A stretch of DNA of 64,000 bases from NCBI GenBank assembly GCA_002269645.1, contig NIVC01002411.1, forward strand, positions 1 to 64,000. Direction: 5' to 3'. This document shows, piece by piece, positions 48,901 to 61,299 of this stretch (position 1 is its first letter; each line of letters starts with the position of its first letter). A program made the translations under genes and the position numbers. The DNA comes from Macrostomum lignano (Eukaryota). The notes under the pieces are model-generated. The model searched no databases. It was not told the origin of the DNA and saw only the letters and a list, made by a program, of their open reading frames with translations.

Positions 48901-50440
48901 AAAGTTGAAGCACTTTCACTATTAGTAGCTGGACTAGAGATAGTGCTTACAGGATCAGAATGAACTGATCTAGGACTAGAATTAGCATTCACAATGCTAG
49001 TTGAATTGAGATTATCAGCATCATCCAAATTGTCAGTTGACAAACTTGCTATAATCAATGGTGCTGGATTAGTAGCAGCTTTTTTGGCTGCTCTTTCGGT
49101 TCGTTTTCGTAGCCAATCTTTCTTTTGATGATGACGTTTTTCTCTGGCAGACATGTTTGTCTTCTTTCTTTCACTATATTGCTTAGTTGCAGCTGCCTTT
49201 CTAGCATTAAAGGCAATAGGGTTCTCTGCCTTTTGCTTTTCAACATAGCATTTATCTTGAGCTTTTTTGAGTTCGCGATTAACCATAGTAGCACAGGTTT
49301 AAGACTTGAAGTCTGCAATAAAAAAAGAAACAATATGTTTAAAATAAAATATCGTTAATTAGCTAACATATTTAATTGACATTTCAAAACTCTTGAAGCA
49401 TACTAAAGCTCTTAATATAATTTTACTTTGAATATACATTAGTTTGTGGCTATTAATATTAAAATTTATAAGCATGTTAATACAAATATTCTAAAAATAA
49501 TATACTATAAAATATTAATAATAAATTTAAATCTTAAAATGATTTTGAGCCTAACAATAGACAAAACAAATAATTAAAACAATAAAGTGCCTATTTTATA
49601 TTTTAGAGAGTCACTAAAGATTCATTTGGTTTTCTGATCTTTAGAGCTGAAAAGCTTCATGTATTTTCAAAAAGAATAGATACTTGATGATTTAAAATTA
49701 TTTAAAGATACATTAAAATAGTTAAAATACCTTATAAGTCAATTTATTAGCTTGCAAAGCTAATTAATTCACTCATTTATGCTCTTTGTCCACTCACCAA
49801 CGTTACTTGTCCACTTACCGACGTCACTTGTCCACTATCGATGCCATTGGTAAGTGGACATTTTGTGCTATTAGAGTATAACTCAAAAAATGTTTTTGCA
49901 ATGTACAGACATGAACAACTTTATCAATGTCTAAGAGATTACATGACAATATGAGTACAAAAGAAATGTTAAAATATATAATAATGCAAATACAACCAAC
50001 TTACCAAAATTAAATTCAAGGCATCAATCAGTGGACAATATAGGCATTGATAAATGGACAATGAAATTGGGAGACACACATTTTTCTTGAAAATCAATAT
50101 GGCTGACACGTTTTAAATATTATTAAGTAGTAAAACAACTTTACTTGAATAAAAGGAAAAAAATGACACCAAAATAGAGTATCCCCATTAAGTACTAGTA
50201 AAATTATAGTTATTTAAAAGGAAGGTGCTTCAAAAAAGACATTCGTTTTGTTGAATTTTTCCGAACTTTTTTACAAAATAAACCTTTGCGTTTCATCTTA
50301 CCAATCTATTTTATGATGTTTTACATAGAAATTAGTTATCTAATCATCTTTTTATTGTAATGATGCTGCAACAATTCTCTGTTTGCTGAAAATTTTAGCA
50401 AGACACAAAAAATTTTCTGTATTCATTTTTGGATTCACCC
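45980..50440 (-). mobile_element. Decayed DNA transposon, Sola2-like (4.46 kb)
   Basis: ~27-bp TIRs (GGTTGAATCCAAAAAATGATACAGAA vs the reverse complement of the right end, GGGTGAATCCAAAAATGAATACAGAA); flanks GTAT/TTAT (3/4 TSD match); subterminal GGTAAGTGGACA repeats at ~46170-46290 and, mostly inverted, at ~49785-49860. The superfamily call rests on my recollection of Sola2 motifs. Confidence 0.75.
46600..49286 (-). pseudogene. Fragmented intron-containing DDD-type transposase
   Basis: Motifs VHVNFLENY (first catalytic D appears changed to N), ISDSPSSQYRN, WLFSEAGHGKGAPDRVGAAIKR and the C-terminal FVAVNY...WFLGEV...VSFM; several frame breaks; GTAAG/GTAGG donors between fragments. Confidence 0.8.
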
Positions 50441-50889
50441 TTATATGCTTTTGAAAAATGATATGAACAAAATGGATAGATCAATGACAAAGTTTATTAA
50501 GCTTCTTATAATGCTTACTAATAGACTAAAATTGTCATTATTATTGTATTATATTTGGGTTTTTCCTATAAAAGCATATCTTTATCCAAATATAAATATA
50601 TACGAGTAAACATAGACTATTGACAAAAAAGTTATAATATGAGTGTATCATCCACTAAAGATACTTTAGGGGAAGGGTATTTATTTTTCAATCAAAATGT
50701 TATGATTTTATATCTCTACTAGAATTTTGTGTCCCCTATTGAAGCAAATCTAAAGAGCACTAATTGCCTTATTTGACAGGTGTATAAGCATGCAGGCAAA
50801 CTTTTATCTTAGGCATGTAGCTATATAGGATCATAGGAATACAGTTTCATTACAAACCTAAGCTTTCCCGTTGGATTTTGAGTTTTTAA

Positions 50890-51900
50890 AGTAGGTAGGC
50901 ATGAAAGGTGAAGAGTTTTGCACCTTCTGCCTGACTTTCGCCTCTCTTATGCCTATTTTGTGCCACTTGTGCACCTTTTGTTCACCTGAGTGCCTCTGCA
51001 GGGTCAGAAGGTGAATTTAAGGCACGAACTAGGCGGTAGGGGCACAGGTGTCGTAGGGGATTTAGGTGCATAAAAAGTGTACAGTGTGCACTGGAGGCAC
51101 GAAAGGTGAATAAAAGGTGCACAGTGGGCACTTTAAGCGTAGAGGCAATGCAAGGGGCGTTAAAGTTTCAACTGGCGAAGTTCTTTGCTACCTTTTCTCA
51201 CTATTCGAAATTTTTCCTCACTAATGCAAGCCTTTTCATCACTTTTCGGAACTTTTCCTGAGTATTTGAAAGTCATTAAAACTTATCAGTATAGGACATG
51301 TTTAGTTTCGTGGTTTGTCAGGATCAGGAAGGGGATAGCAGCGATTAGTAAAGGTGTAAATAAATCTATGTTCAATCGGTGCGTGCAATATACGAGTATG
51401 TAACTCTCAGTTAATTTTTTGTTACGAATTCTTAATGCGTTAATTCGTGCATAGGCATAAAAGGTGAGCGAGGTGCACAGAAGAGGCACTTTAGGGGTAT
51501 ATTTCGAGCGTGTTTTGGAAATGCACCTGTATACATATTTACGCCGCACATGTACACCTTATACACCTCTTATTCACCTTTCGTGCACTTTCTGCGCCCC
51601 TTCAGCACCTTTCCTACACCTGCTGTGCCTCACTTGTGAGCCTGCTGTTCACCTTTTGTGCACCTCCAGTGCCCCTTACGCACCTTTACTGCCCCTACCG
51701 CCGCAACCAATCAAAATTGAGAATTCACCTACTGCCTGACCACTTCACCGATTTTACACCTTTCATGCCTCTTTTCAAAAATATTGGTGACATTTAGGCA
51801 TAAAAGGTGCACTCAGGTGCATTTCCAAAACATGCACGAAATAGGCCACTAAGGTGCCTCTTTTGTGCACCTCGCTCACCTTTTATGCCTCTGCAGGTGC
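50890..51900. mobile_element. Foldback/MITE-like region of nested inverted repeats (AGGCATAAAAGGTG / GTGCAC motifs)
   Basis: 77-bp inverted arms 51453-51529 and 51814-51890 (~7 mismatches); further inverted matches between ~51020-51130 and ~51560-51700. TSD not found. Confidence 0.6.
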
Positions 51901-52227
51901 ATAACTTTTCCAACGGGTTTATTCAGTTTTTGTTACTCCTTGAGTGGTCAAGAACAGGTTTTTATACAATTTGAATTTTAATGAATTTTCAAGTTGAGAA
52001 GTTTTAGGCATGTTTAAGCAGAAAGGCACATCAATTGATTTCCTTTTCTAAGAAATGCTATCTGCATAGACCAACATTTGCTTCAATAGTGTTTTGTATT
52101 TAGCATTGGTTATTAATTGTTTTTTGTTTTCTGTATTCATGATTGTATTATAGCATTCAGCAATCGAACATTTGAAAGCACTAATAAGAATTCAAGCAGC
52201 ATTGGCGGTTAATCTGTCAGCTGCACA

Positions 52228-55200
52228 ATGGAACTGCGACAAAAGGCTGCCCTAATGGCACTGAAGGGTGCGCTGGTTCGAGATGTCAATTTTCACGACA
52301 TCGAAGATTCTCTGTTAAGCTTTGGTCTCATTTCCCCTGAGGAGAAGCAGATAATTAACAGAGCTGGAAGTACAGATAGACAGACTAGCACATTGGTGGA
52401 TATTCTTGTGGACAAAAATGATGTGAGAACATTCGACTGTCTCATTTCAAGTCTAGAACCTACTTACGATTTTCTGTCAAGGAGTTGGCTAATTTCCGTG
52501 AAAACCGCAAATTTATCTGACTAAGTCAACTAAAGATTACGAAGGCGTCTTCATCGAAGGTGGTATTCCTATCACTCCAGTGGGTAACATTGAGCTTAAG
52601 TACGTGGCAGAACTCAAGGAAAGCTTGGTAAAGCTATCGGTCCGCTCTGATGGGGGCTGGATTCTCGTGAAAGGCCACGGCGGTGCTGGAAAGTCGGTAG
52701 TTGTTTCTCAAGCAATAAGAGGCAAGGCCTCTGACGGAAGTCCAATTGCCTCCTATTTTTTCAATCGAGTATTTTGGTTCACAATAGGCAACCTGCGCAC
52801 CGACGAATTGGAGTCGATGCTCCTGGCTAAGATGCAGAACATTTGCATCCGTTTGGATCCTACGCTGCGCGCGTCGCCTCCAACAAGCCTTGATGACGCA
52901 AAAAATTTGTTTCGCAAAATCATGCTAGAAAAGTACCCGTGCGGACTTATCGTTCTAGATGACGTTTGGGAGCCAAAAATTTTGCGCTATTTCAATGTTC
53001 AAGCAAGAATCGTTGTTACATCAAGAAAGGCCGATATTTTCAGCAAAATTCAGCCTGGAGATGCGCAGCGATGCATGAAAATCTCCGTTGATGAAGGTTT
53101 ACCCGAAGAATTGACTTCTAAGCTTCTTACTAAGATTATCAACAGCGAAGTTTCACCTGGTCAAGTCTCTGATTCGTTCAACGATGAAGACATGGAGCGT
53201 GTTCGAAGGCTTCATTCCAAGTGCAAAGGAAATCCTTTTATTGTTTCCATCTTCGGTGGCCTTCTTCGTGGCCGACTCTCTCAATTCGAGAGATATTTGA
53301 AAAAGTTTAAAACTGATCTTTTTAAGAAAGTCGACTTAGAGCTGGGTGATTATGAGTATGGAAGCATCATAGATGCCATTCTAGTTAGTATTGACGATCT
53401 AGATGAAGAGCAAAAGGAACGGTATCTTCACTTGTCTATTTTTCCTGAGGACACTTTTTTATCTGCGCGATTTCTTTCAACATATTGTTGGCGAGACGAA
53501 GATGGCAACCCACTGTCTGTGGATGACTCTTTAGATGTGATGGAAGGTTTGTTCGTCGTTCTATTGCCACGATAGAGAAGTACCGGCCGAATGAAGAGCT
53601 CCTTACTCTTCATGACTTAATTGTGAGTGCTATGAAAAGTGAGTACAAAGAAAAACAAACGAGCTTCAACAATCAGTTTGTCGAAAGAGTGCTCAGCCAT
53701 CGGGAAACGATGGGTAGTTGGATGGATGTTGACAGCAACGATCAAATACACTATTTGGCCTACAATTTTGTCTACCACTTAGTCGGTTCTGATGCAGTTC
53801 TGCTAGACAGAAAGTTAAGTATCCTGCGTGACTTCGACTTTATTTCGTGGCTTTGCTGTCGGATTGGTGCCGAGAACCTGACGTTTGTTTACCAGTATTC
53901 CATTAAGATCCTTATGATTGACGAGTCAGCAAGGAAAAGCTTGACAGACTTCGTCGAATTTTTCCGATCGCCGATTCTTCACATTCAGGCAACCAATTTG
54001 GCTACTAGGCGATCTGACTCGGCCGTGATTCAACTGGCTCTCACTCTACCAGATGAGAACTCTGTTCGCGAGTGTGCCGTGGAGGCTGCTAAAAAGCATA
54101 GACAGTTTTTCTGCTTTTACTATTGGCTTAATGTCGACCAGACGGAAGAGCAGATCTACAATACATTCAAAGTTGACAGCGATGTTTCTACATTCGCTCT
54201 AGATCGTGATTGTAAGCACGCTGTTGTTGCAAGCGATTCATCTGCAGTTGTTTTAGACCTAAAAACGGGTTTACGCAACTTCCGTGTCCGCAAAGAGGAC
54301 ATGGCCTGCAGCAGTGCTCGAGGCGATGCACAGGACAGCATTCAAATTGTTTCTGCTCTCTTCAGTCCTGACAATCAGTCACTGTTAGTCCTGACTGAAT
54401 TCGCATTGTTTCGCTTCAAACTGCCTCCTAGTGCTTTTGAAGTGGGTATTCGACCTTCCCCAGCTGCGCCTTTACCTTCTGAAAAGGGGAGCTTGCATTT
54501 TCCTCAAGGCCGGCCCAGATCTGGCACAACTGAAAAATCCCCGCTAGAACTCACTCCAAACAAACCGGTCTACAAAGAGGAGGACAAGAGAATTCTTTTT
54601 TTACTGCCATGTGCTTTGAGTCGGACGCCAAGCTTCTGGTTGGAAGCAGTGACGGAAATATCAAGGTGTTTACCTTGGCTGATCGAGTGACCAACCTAAG
54701 CTCCGAATTCGACATAGATCAGAATATTCCAGCAGGCGCACAGTCCCAGATTAACCACATTGCAGCTTCACAATCAATGTATTCAACTTCAATTGCCGTC
54801 TCTGGTCCAAATGACTGTGTTTACGTCTACAAAAGTCGTTTTGACATTAAGAAGTACTCGGGACACACTAAGAATTCGAATCCCATTCGCTGCGCTTTTG
54901 AGCCACGTCCTGAGCCGCGATTTGCGCATCGATTGCAAACAACGAAATTCATCTTTGGCACCCGAAACTCAACAAATGTTAGTCCGTGAATTTGGACCAA
55001 AGAGCACATCCTTTACGAGCATTGCAATCAGTAGTGAAGGTGTTTATATAGCTGTTGGCACTAGCACACGAGCGCACATTTATCTCTACAGGGTGGAGAA
55101 TCTGACTGAGTCATCCTGCAGGCTGCAGCTAGTAGACGAGTTAAATGGCTCAGGTAGCATTACTAAGTGTCTGGCTTTTCAAACTTCGGAAAGTCATTCT

Positions 55201-56545
55201 TATATTCAATTTCCGAGATGTCAACCGAAGGTGTTCTTACTTGCTGGCAGACCAGTCTCAGTACCACACCTTTTTACGCTGATGATCAGCGTAGTAGCTC
55301 TATTTTTTTCGGACCGGAAAATGCTACTCTTCGACTGCGAACTGTGATTGATGCTGTCAATGTCAATGGCGAGATTGTTGTCGCTTGCCAATCAGTCCGA
55401 AGATCTCTGCTTATTCTTAAGTCAAGCGGCAATCACTTGCAAAATGACGAAAGCGGCAAGCTAAGTGGAAAAGAACACCCATTTTCAAAGGCCGCTGCTA
55501 TTCGTATTGCTCCTACTGGAAACTACGCCGTCTTTACTTTCTCCAATGAAGTTGTTATCGCAAAAAGATTCAACGATGTCTGGACATTCGATTTCAAACC
55601 CATCAATGTTGAAATTGTTGACATTGTCTTTCTGCCCAACTGTCAAGGTTTCATCGGATCGAACAGAAGCAACAAGCTTGTTGAGTTTCACGATTCTTTG
55701 TGCGTCAAACAAGTAGATTTGTCTCATAAGCAACTCTATTCTATTGATTCAGTTCAGCCACCTGCCAATGTCGCCGCTCTATTGTTGTTTGATCGTGGCT
55801 GGAACTACTTATTGCCCGATTCTCTGTGCGTCAATGAGAATTTCGGAGGCTCTATTGGCGATCAACTTCAAGAAAGCCTACTGTGCTGTAACTTTTGTCC
55901 CGCTCTTAGTGGTTTCGTTGCCGGCGGAACAGACCTAGGCAATTTGATTCTCTGGAAGGTGGCAGCTGATAATACGGCTAGCATTTGGCAACGCGCAGCC
56001 GAATAGAGGATGAATCCCGCAATTGTTCACTGCGCTGCTTACAGTTTTCGCATCAGATTATCCAGGACTGTTACCTGTTGGCTGCCGCCTTTGACGACGA
56101 TCGGTTCTCATTGTGGGCCCTACGAGATGGCCATCTGATCGATTTGGTAAATTGTCAGCCTGTGCAAATCGGCCTCCCACAGCAGCCAAGCAATATCGGC
56201 TGCATTGCTTGGACTATGCACACAGATGAGGATGGGACGCGTCACCACAAGCTAATCATAGCGTCAGACTGTGTGCACGTGTGCTGCCTGCCCGAGCAGG
56301 AAATCCTCGGCGCGGCGAGATTAGCGCCGCAGACACCAAACTTGAAGCTTGGCACGGTGTCCTTGTACTCGCGTCAGAGTGTCAGCAAAGTTCACGTGCT
56401 CAACAATGGCCAAGATCTGCTGTTTGTTGATAATTCTCACACCGTATTTTGGATGCGCACTTTGCACTCGGAAGATGGAGCTGGACCGGCTAGACAGGAG
56501 TGTTCGGTGCCATTGATTCCCTTCGGTGAATCCCAAGAAGTGTGA
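52228..56545 (+). CDS. APAF1: APAF-1/CED-4-like apoptosome protein (CARD, NB-ARC, WD40), intronless, with eight -1 frameshifts in this sequence
   Basis: CARD-like N-terminus; EGGIP linker; Walker A GHGGAGKS; Walker B LIVLDDVW; CKGNP (GxP); LHDL (MHD); WD40-like repeats. Restoring one base at each of eight sites gives 4326 nt = 1442 codons. AATAAA at ~56724. Confidence 0.88.
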
Positions 56546-58394
56546 CAGGTTTCAGTTGCATGAGTTATTAACTTTCTCGGTGGTATGCTATGCCGGGCCT
56601 TTGTATTACCCATGGCTGCATGTTTATTTTTGTTGAATACTCTCCCGCGCTATGCCTAACCAAATGTTGCCATTAAGTTGCTTAAAATTGATTGCGCGAT
56701 TTGCTAATATGAAAATGAAATCTAATAAAAACGTTAGCGCATAAGAACAATGCTTGTAAATGAGATCTGGACGTTTGGAAATGTTGCCACTAATTAAGAG
56801 TTGTTAAACGGGGGTGGAGAGCTAGGCTCACCTCAGATCAGCTCAGGGAAGGGCTCTGTCGCGGGATCTATAACGGCAATTCCACCAGGGGCATAAATCC
56901 TGGGTAGCCAGGATTGGGGCTTAGGGGACTTGCCCTAGAAGTCAGCAGAGCTCAACTACTGATGGGGACACCGAGGACCCTCCAGTAGAATCAGGTGGAC
57001 GGATGCAAAGACGGCCCTCAGGCCACCCAACAACAACATAACAGCAACAAAGAGTAAAAGGACGCCGGGCTCAGCCGGTTTTCCCCGATTCGGGACGGAC
57101 CCTTCCCAGAACTATACTCAATCTACAGTCAGTGATGAGAGCAGAGACACAAAAGCAGGGAGACAACCAGAGGAGACAGCAGGGGGACCAAGGGATCGGA
57201 TGGAATACCAAATAGCAGAGATCTACTCCAAATTTTGGGTTGGCTCATGACCAAAGATAAAACCAATAAAAGAAGGGGAGTTCGAGCATTCATTTTAAGA
57301 CACTGCCAATCATATTCAATGCTTCTACTTTCGTCTATGGTCAAAACAGTCTATGGTGCTTGGCCATACACGCAGTTCAATTTAGACAAGTCATGCCAGC
57401 CGTGTAAATGGAACTGGAGAGGCCACCAGACTAAATCAATCTAGAATTGGCACTCCATGGTACTGCAAAGAATCGGGGAGTCAGGCGTGGGGATGTCATA
57501 TCTGATTGAGCACATGTGGTCTGACAGTTTAGTCACAGTCTGTGTCACAAAATAAACAACTTTTGTCTAATGGCTCTGAGTTTCAAGTCTGAATTGCAGT
57601 ACACACGGTTTTGCCCATAGCCAATCGTCGAAGCATTGTGTCGACTATGATTGGCCGCTTCTTAAATATGCTTGAAAAAATATAAATGCTACATCATCCA
57701 CTTTTAATTAAAAAAGTGTATTAATTTTACATGTATATTTTTATAAATCTTATTTAATGAAATAATTTTAAATGGCGTGCAAATATTAACAGTTATTATA
57801 ATCTACAGCGGTATTGTTGCGAACTAGTCTAATACGAGCTAAATCGATTTTCATTAACCCAGTGCAAAATCTGTTGATTGTTGATTCAGAATTGTTACGT
57901 ACGCTGTTGCATTGCTCATTTTTTATACTAAAATTTTGCCAAAAATTTTACTCTCCCCCCCCCCCCTAATGCTGTTATTAAAATCTTTACTCACAAATAA
58001 TCAATATTGCTTTGTTTTGCCTTTTTCACGTTTAATTAAATCTGTAGTGTCTGCTTCAGCACTGTTTTTAATGCTTTAATTGTTATTGGCATATGAACTT
58101 TATAATTTTTTCCTAGCTTTTACTGTTGTCCCCCCGTATTGATTATTGTAGCGCTTCGATCATTAACTATACTCATTCTGCGCGAATGACTGACTGGTGC
58201 CTAATAAAACAGTGCTAAAACATTTGAAATTAAATTGAGTCAATTTTACCGCTGGCTTCTTTAGTTATTCAAGAACTTCTTAACAAAAAATGCTAATTAT
58301 TGCAGTAATGTTTTGAGTGCTTCATTTTTTGTGTGGGTAGACTTTATGTAGATTTGTGTTAATAGATTGTTTTAGATTTGTCGGTAGATTCTGT

Positions 58395-59160
58395 ATAGAT
58401 TACATATACGAGCGTATGTATATTCTTCTAAACTGTAGAATCATGTGAGTAGATCCTCCTGTAGATTGGATGTGGGTAGATCCTCCTGTAGATTGGATGT
58501 GGGTAGATCCTCCTGTAGATTGGATGTGGGTAGATCCTCCTGTAGATTGGATGTGGGTAGATCCTCCTGTAGATTGGATGTGGGTAGATCCTCCTGTAGA
58601 TTGGATGTGGGTAGATCCTCCTGTAGATTGGATGTGGGTAGATTCTCCTGTAGATTGGTTATGGGTAGATTCTCCTGTAGAATGGATATGGGTAGATTCT
58701 CCTGTAGATTGGATATGAGTAGATTCTCCTATAGAATTGATATGGGTAGATTCTCCTATAGAATGGATATGAGTAGATTCTCCTATAGAATGGATATGAG
58801 TAGATTCTCCTGTAGATTGGATGCGGGTAGATTCTCCTGTAGATTGGTTATGGGTAGATTCTCCTGTAGAATGGATATGGGTAGATTCTCCTGTAAATTG
58901 GAGGCGGGTAGATTTTCCTGTAGAATGGATATGGGTAGATTCTCCTGTAGAATGGATATGGGTAGATTCTCCTATAGAATGGATATGGGTAGATTCTCTT
59001 GTAGATTGGATGCGGGTAGATTCTCCTATAGAATGGATATGGGTAGATTCTCCTGTAGAATGGATATGGGTAGATTCTACTGTAGATTCGTATGGGCAGA
59101 TTCTTCTGTAGATTAAATGAAGGTAGATTCTCATGTAGATTGGATGTGGGTAGATTTCGC
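58395..59160. repeat. 27 bp minisatellite GTAGATYCTCCTGTAGATTGGATRTGG
   Basis: Visible; explains the 9-aa periodic ORFs. Confidence 0.96.
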
Positions 59161-59243
59161 TGAGTAGGGATCGATATTATCGAGGCCTATTTCAGTCTAT
59201 TGACATGGTTGGTAATGAAGCCCAGCCATTGCAATATTACTGA

Positions 59244-59513
59244 TGCCTCAATCACAATCAGTTTCACTGCAGCGGAAGTGGCGGCGCTATCGCTCGCTGC
59301 CTGCGCCAGGCGCTGGCGTCAAATCATCCGCGCCGATGCAAATCAATAGTCAGGCGGCGTATCGAGCGCGCCACTACGGAATTCGATTTGACCGCCGGTC
59401 GCCGGTCGACGTCGGCCAGGCAGCGGCTGTACGCCTGCGGCTGGCCGGTGACCGGCGCCCTGGGCATCGCCCGGTTCGCCCAGCCCACGCCAGGCAGGCC
59501 GCTGCGTGAACAG
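59244..59513 (+). CDS. RCC1L: RCC1-like protein (WBSCR16), exon 1; start codon unresolved
   Basis: The frame ending at 59513 reads an Arg-rich, transit-peptide-like stretch then QRLYACGWPVTGALGIARFAQP (human RVFVWGFSFSGALGVPSFVVP); donor CAG|GTCGGT. There is no in-frame ATG after the TGA at 59241. Confidence 0.7.
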
Positions 59514-59554
59514 GTCGGTTAAATCTCTGACTGCTGAACCCTGTCAGGTAGTAA

Positions 59555-60180
59555 TCCCTCCTGACACATACTGATCCCTTCTGACACATGCTGATCCCTC
59601 CTGACACATGCTGATCCCTTCCGACACATGCTGATCCCTCCTGACACATGCTGATCCCTCCTGACACATGCTGATCCCTTCTGACACATGCTGATCCCTC
59701 CTGACACATGCTGATCCCTCCTGACACATTTTGATCCCTCCAGACACATGCTGATCACTCCTGATACATGCTGATCCCTCCTGACACATGCTGATCCCTC
59801 CTGATACATGCTGATCCCTCCTGACACATGCTGATCACTCCTGATACATGCTGATCCCTCCTGACACATGCTGATCACTCCTGATACATGCTGATCCCTC
59901 CTGACACATGCTGATCCCTCCTGATACATGCTGATTCCTCCTGACACATGCTGATTCCTCCAGACACATGCTGATCCCTCCTGATTCATGCTGATCCCTC
60001 CTGACACATGTTGATTCCTTTCTGACACATGCTTATCCCTCCTGACACGTTGATTCCTTTCTGACACATGGAGATCCCATGACACATGCTGATCCCTCGT
60101 GACACATGCAGATCCCATGACACATGCTGATCCCTCCTGACACATGCAGATCCCATGACACATGCTAATCCCTCCTGACA
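59555..60180. repeat. 21 bp repeat CCTGACACATGCTGATCCCTC in RCC1L intron 1
   Basis: Visible. Confidence 0.96.
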
Positions 60181-60296
60181 ATTAGTAATGACTTTTGACA
60201 TATATTAAGTCAGCTGGTTTTGTGTTAAATTTGAGCCTTCGAAAAACCCTGGTCGTTCTACTGACATTAGCTCCGCCCTCGCCACCCACCGCGCAG

Positions 60297-61036
60297 GTGC
60301 TGGCCCCGCCCGTCTAGCCGAATTGTCGTCTCGCGGCCTCAGCGTCGTAGATGGCGCCGCCGGCTACGGCTTCACCCTGCTGGCCTGCCGCCGCGGCGCC
60401 AACCGCGGCATCCTGATGGCCTGCGGCGCCAATAACGACGGCCAGTTGGGGCCGCTGCAAACCAGAGTCTCCGACGGCGCCGACCCCGCCCAGGACATAT
60501 TATTGTCGTCGTCATTAAACTCGTCGTCTTCAGGCGTCGCCAGGCACCGTCTGGTGCTCCGGCCGACTCAGGTCCGCCTTCCGGTGCACCCGGCCGAGCT
60601 GGCGTCCGGCCGGTACCGCCTGCTGCGCTTGTCGGCCGGCCGGGCGCACTCCCTGCTGGTGACCAGTCACGGCGCCTACGCGTTCGGCAACAATGCCTTC
60701 GGACAGTGCGGCCGGCCGGCCGGCGGAGAATCCGCTGCCGTGGCCAGGCTGGCGCTGCCCTGCCCGCCCGAGTCTGTGCAGCGGCTGGTCTGCGGCCAGG
60801 ACAGCACCTACCTGCTGACTGCCGACGGCCGAGTCTACAGCTGCGGCCTCGGCGCCGACGGCCAGCTCGGCTTGGGCGGCTTCGACAACTCCGACCGATT
60901 TCAGCTGGTTGACGTCGGTGCCCCGGTGGCCGATCTGGCCTGCCGAGCCGACACCGTGCTGGCGCTGGGCGAGGACGGCTGCGTCTACGGCTGGGGCAAC
61001 TCCGAGTACGGACAGCTGGGCACCGATGCGCTGCAG
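60297..61036 (+). CDS. RCC1L: RCC1L exon 2
   Basis: AAGYGFTLL, GANNDGQLG, SAGRAHSL, FGNNAFGQCG, CGQDST, CGLGADGQLG and WGNSEYGQL are RCC1 repeats in RCC1L order; acceptor CGCAG|, donor CAG|GTCAG. Confidence 0.92.
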
Positions 61037-61064
61037 GTCAGCTGTCTGGGAGTCTGACTGACAC

Positions 61065-61149
61065 TGTGAGACAGACAGACGGACGGACAGACAGACAGAC
61101 AGACACACAGACAGACGGACAGACAGACAGGCAGACAGACAGACAGATG

Positions 61150-61231
<82 letters not shown>

Positions 61232-61233
61232 TG

Positions 61234-61299
<66 letters not shown>

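Noticed and set aside
52228-56545. Tiny introns or programmed frameshifting to explain the APAF1 breaks
   Set aside because: No GT-AG pairs are needed and the protein is continuous across each break. Eight recoding events would give negligible full-length product.
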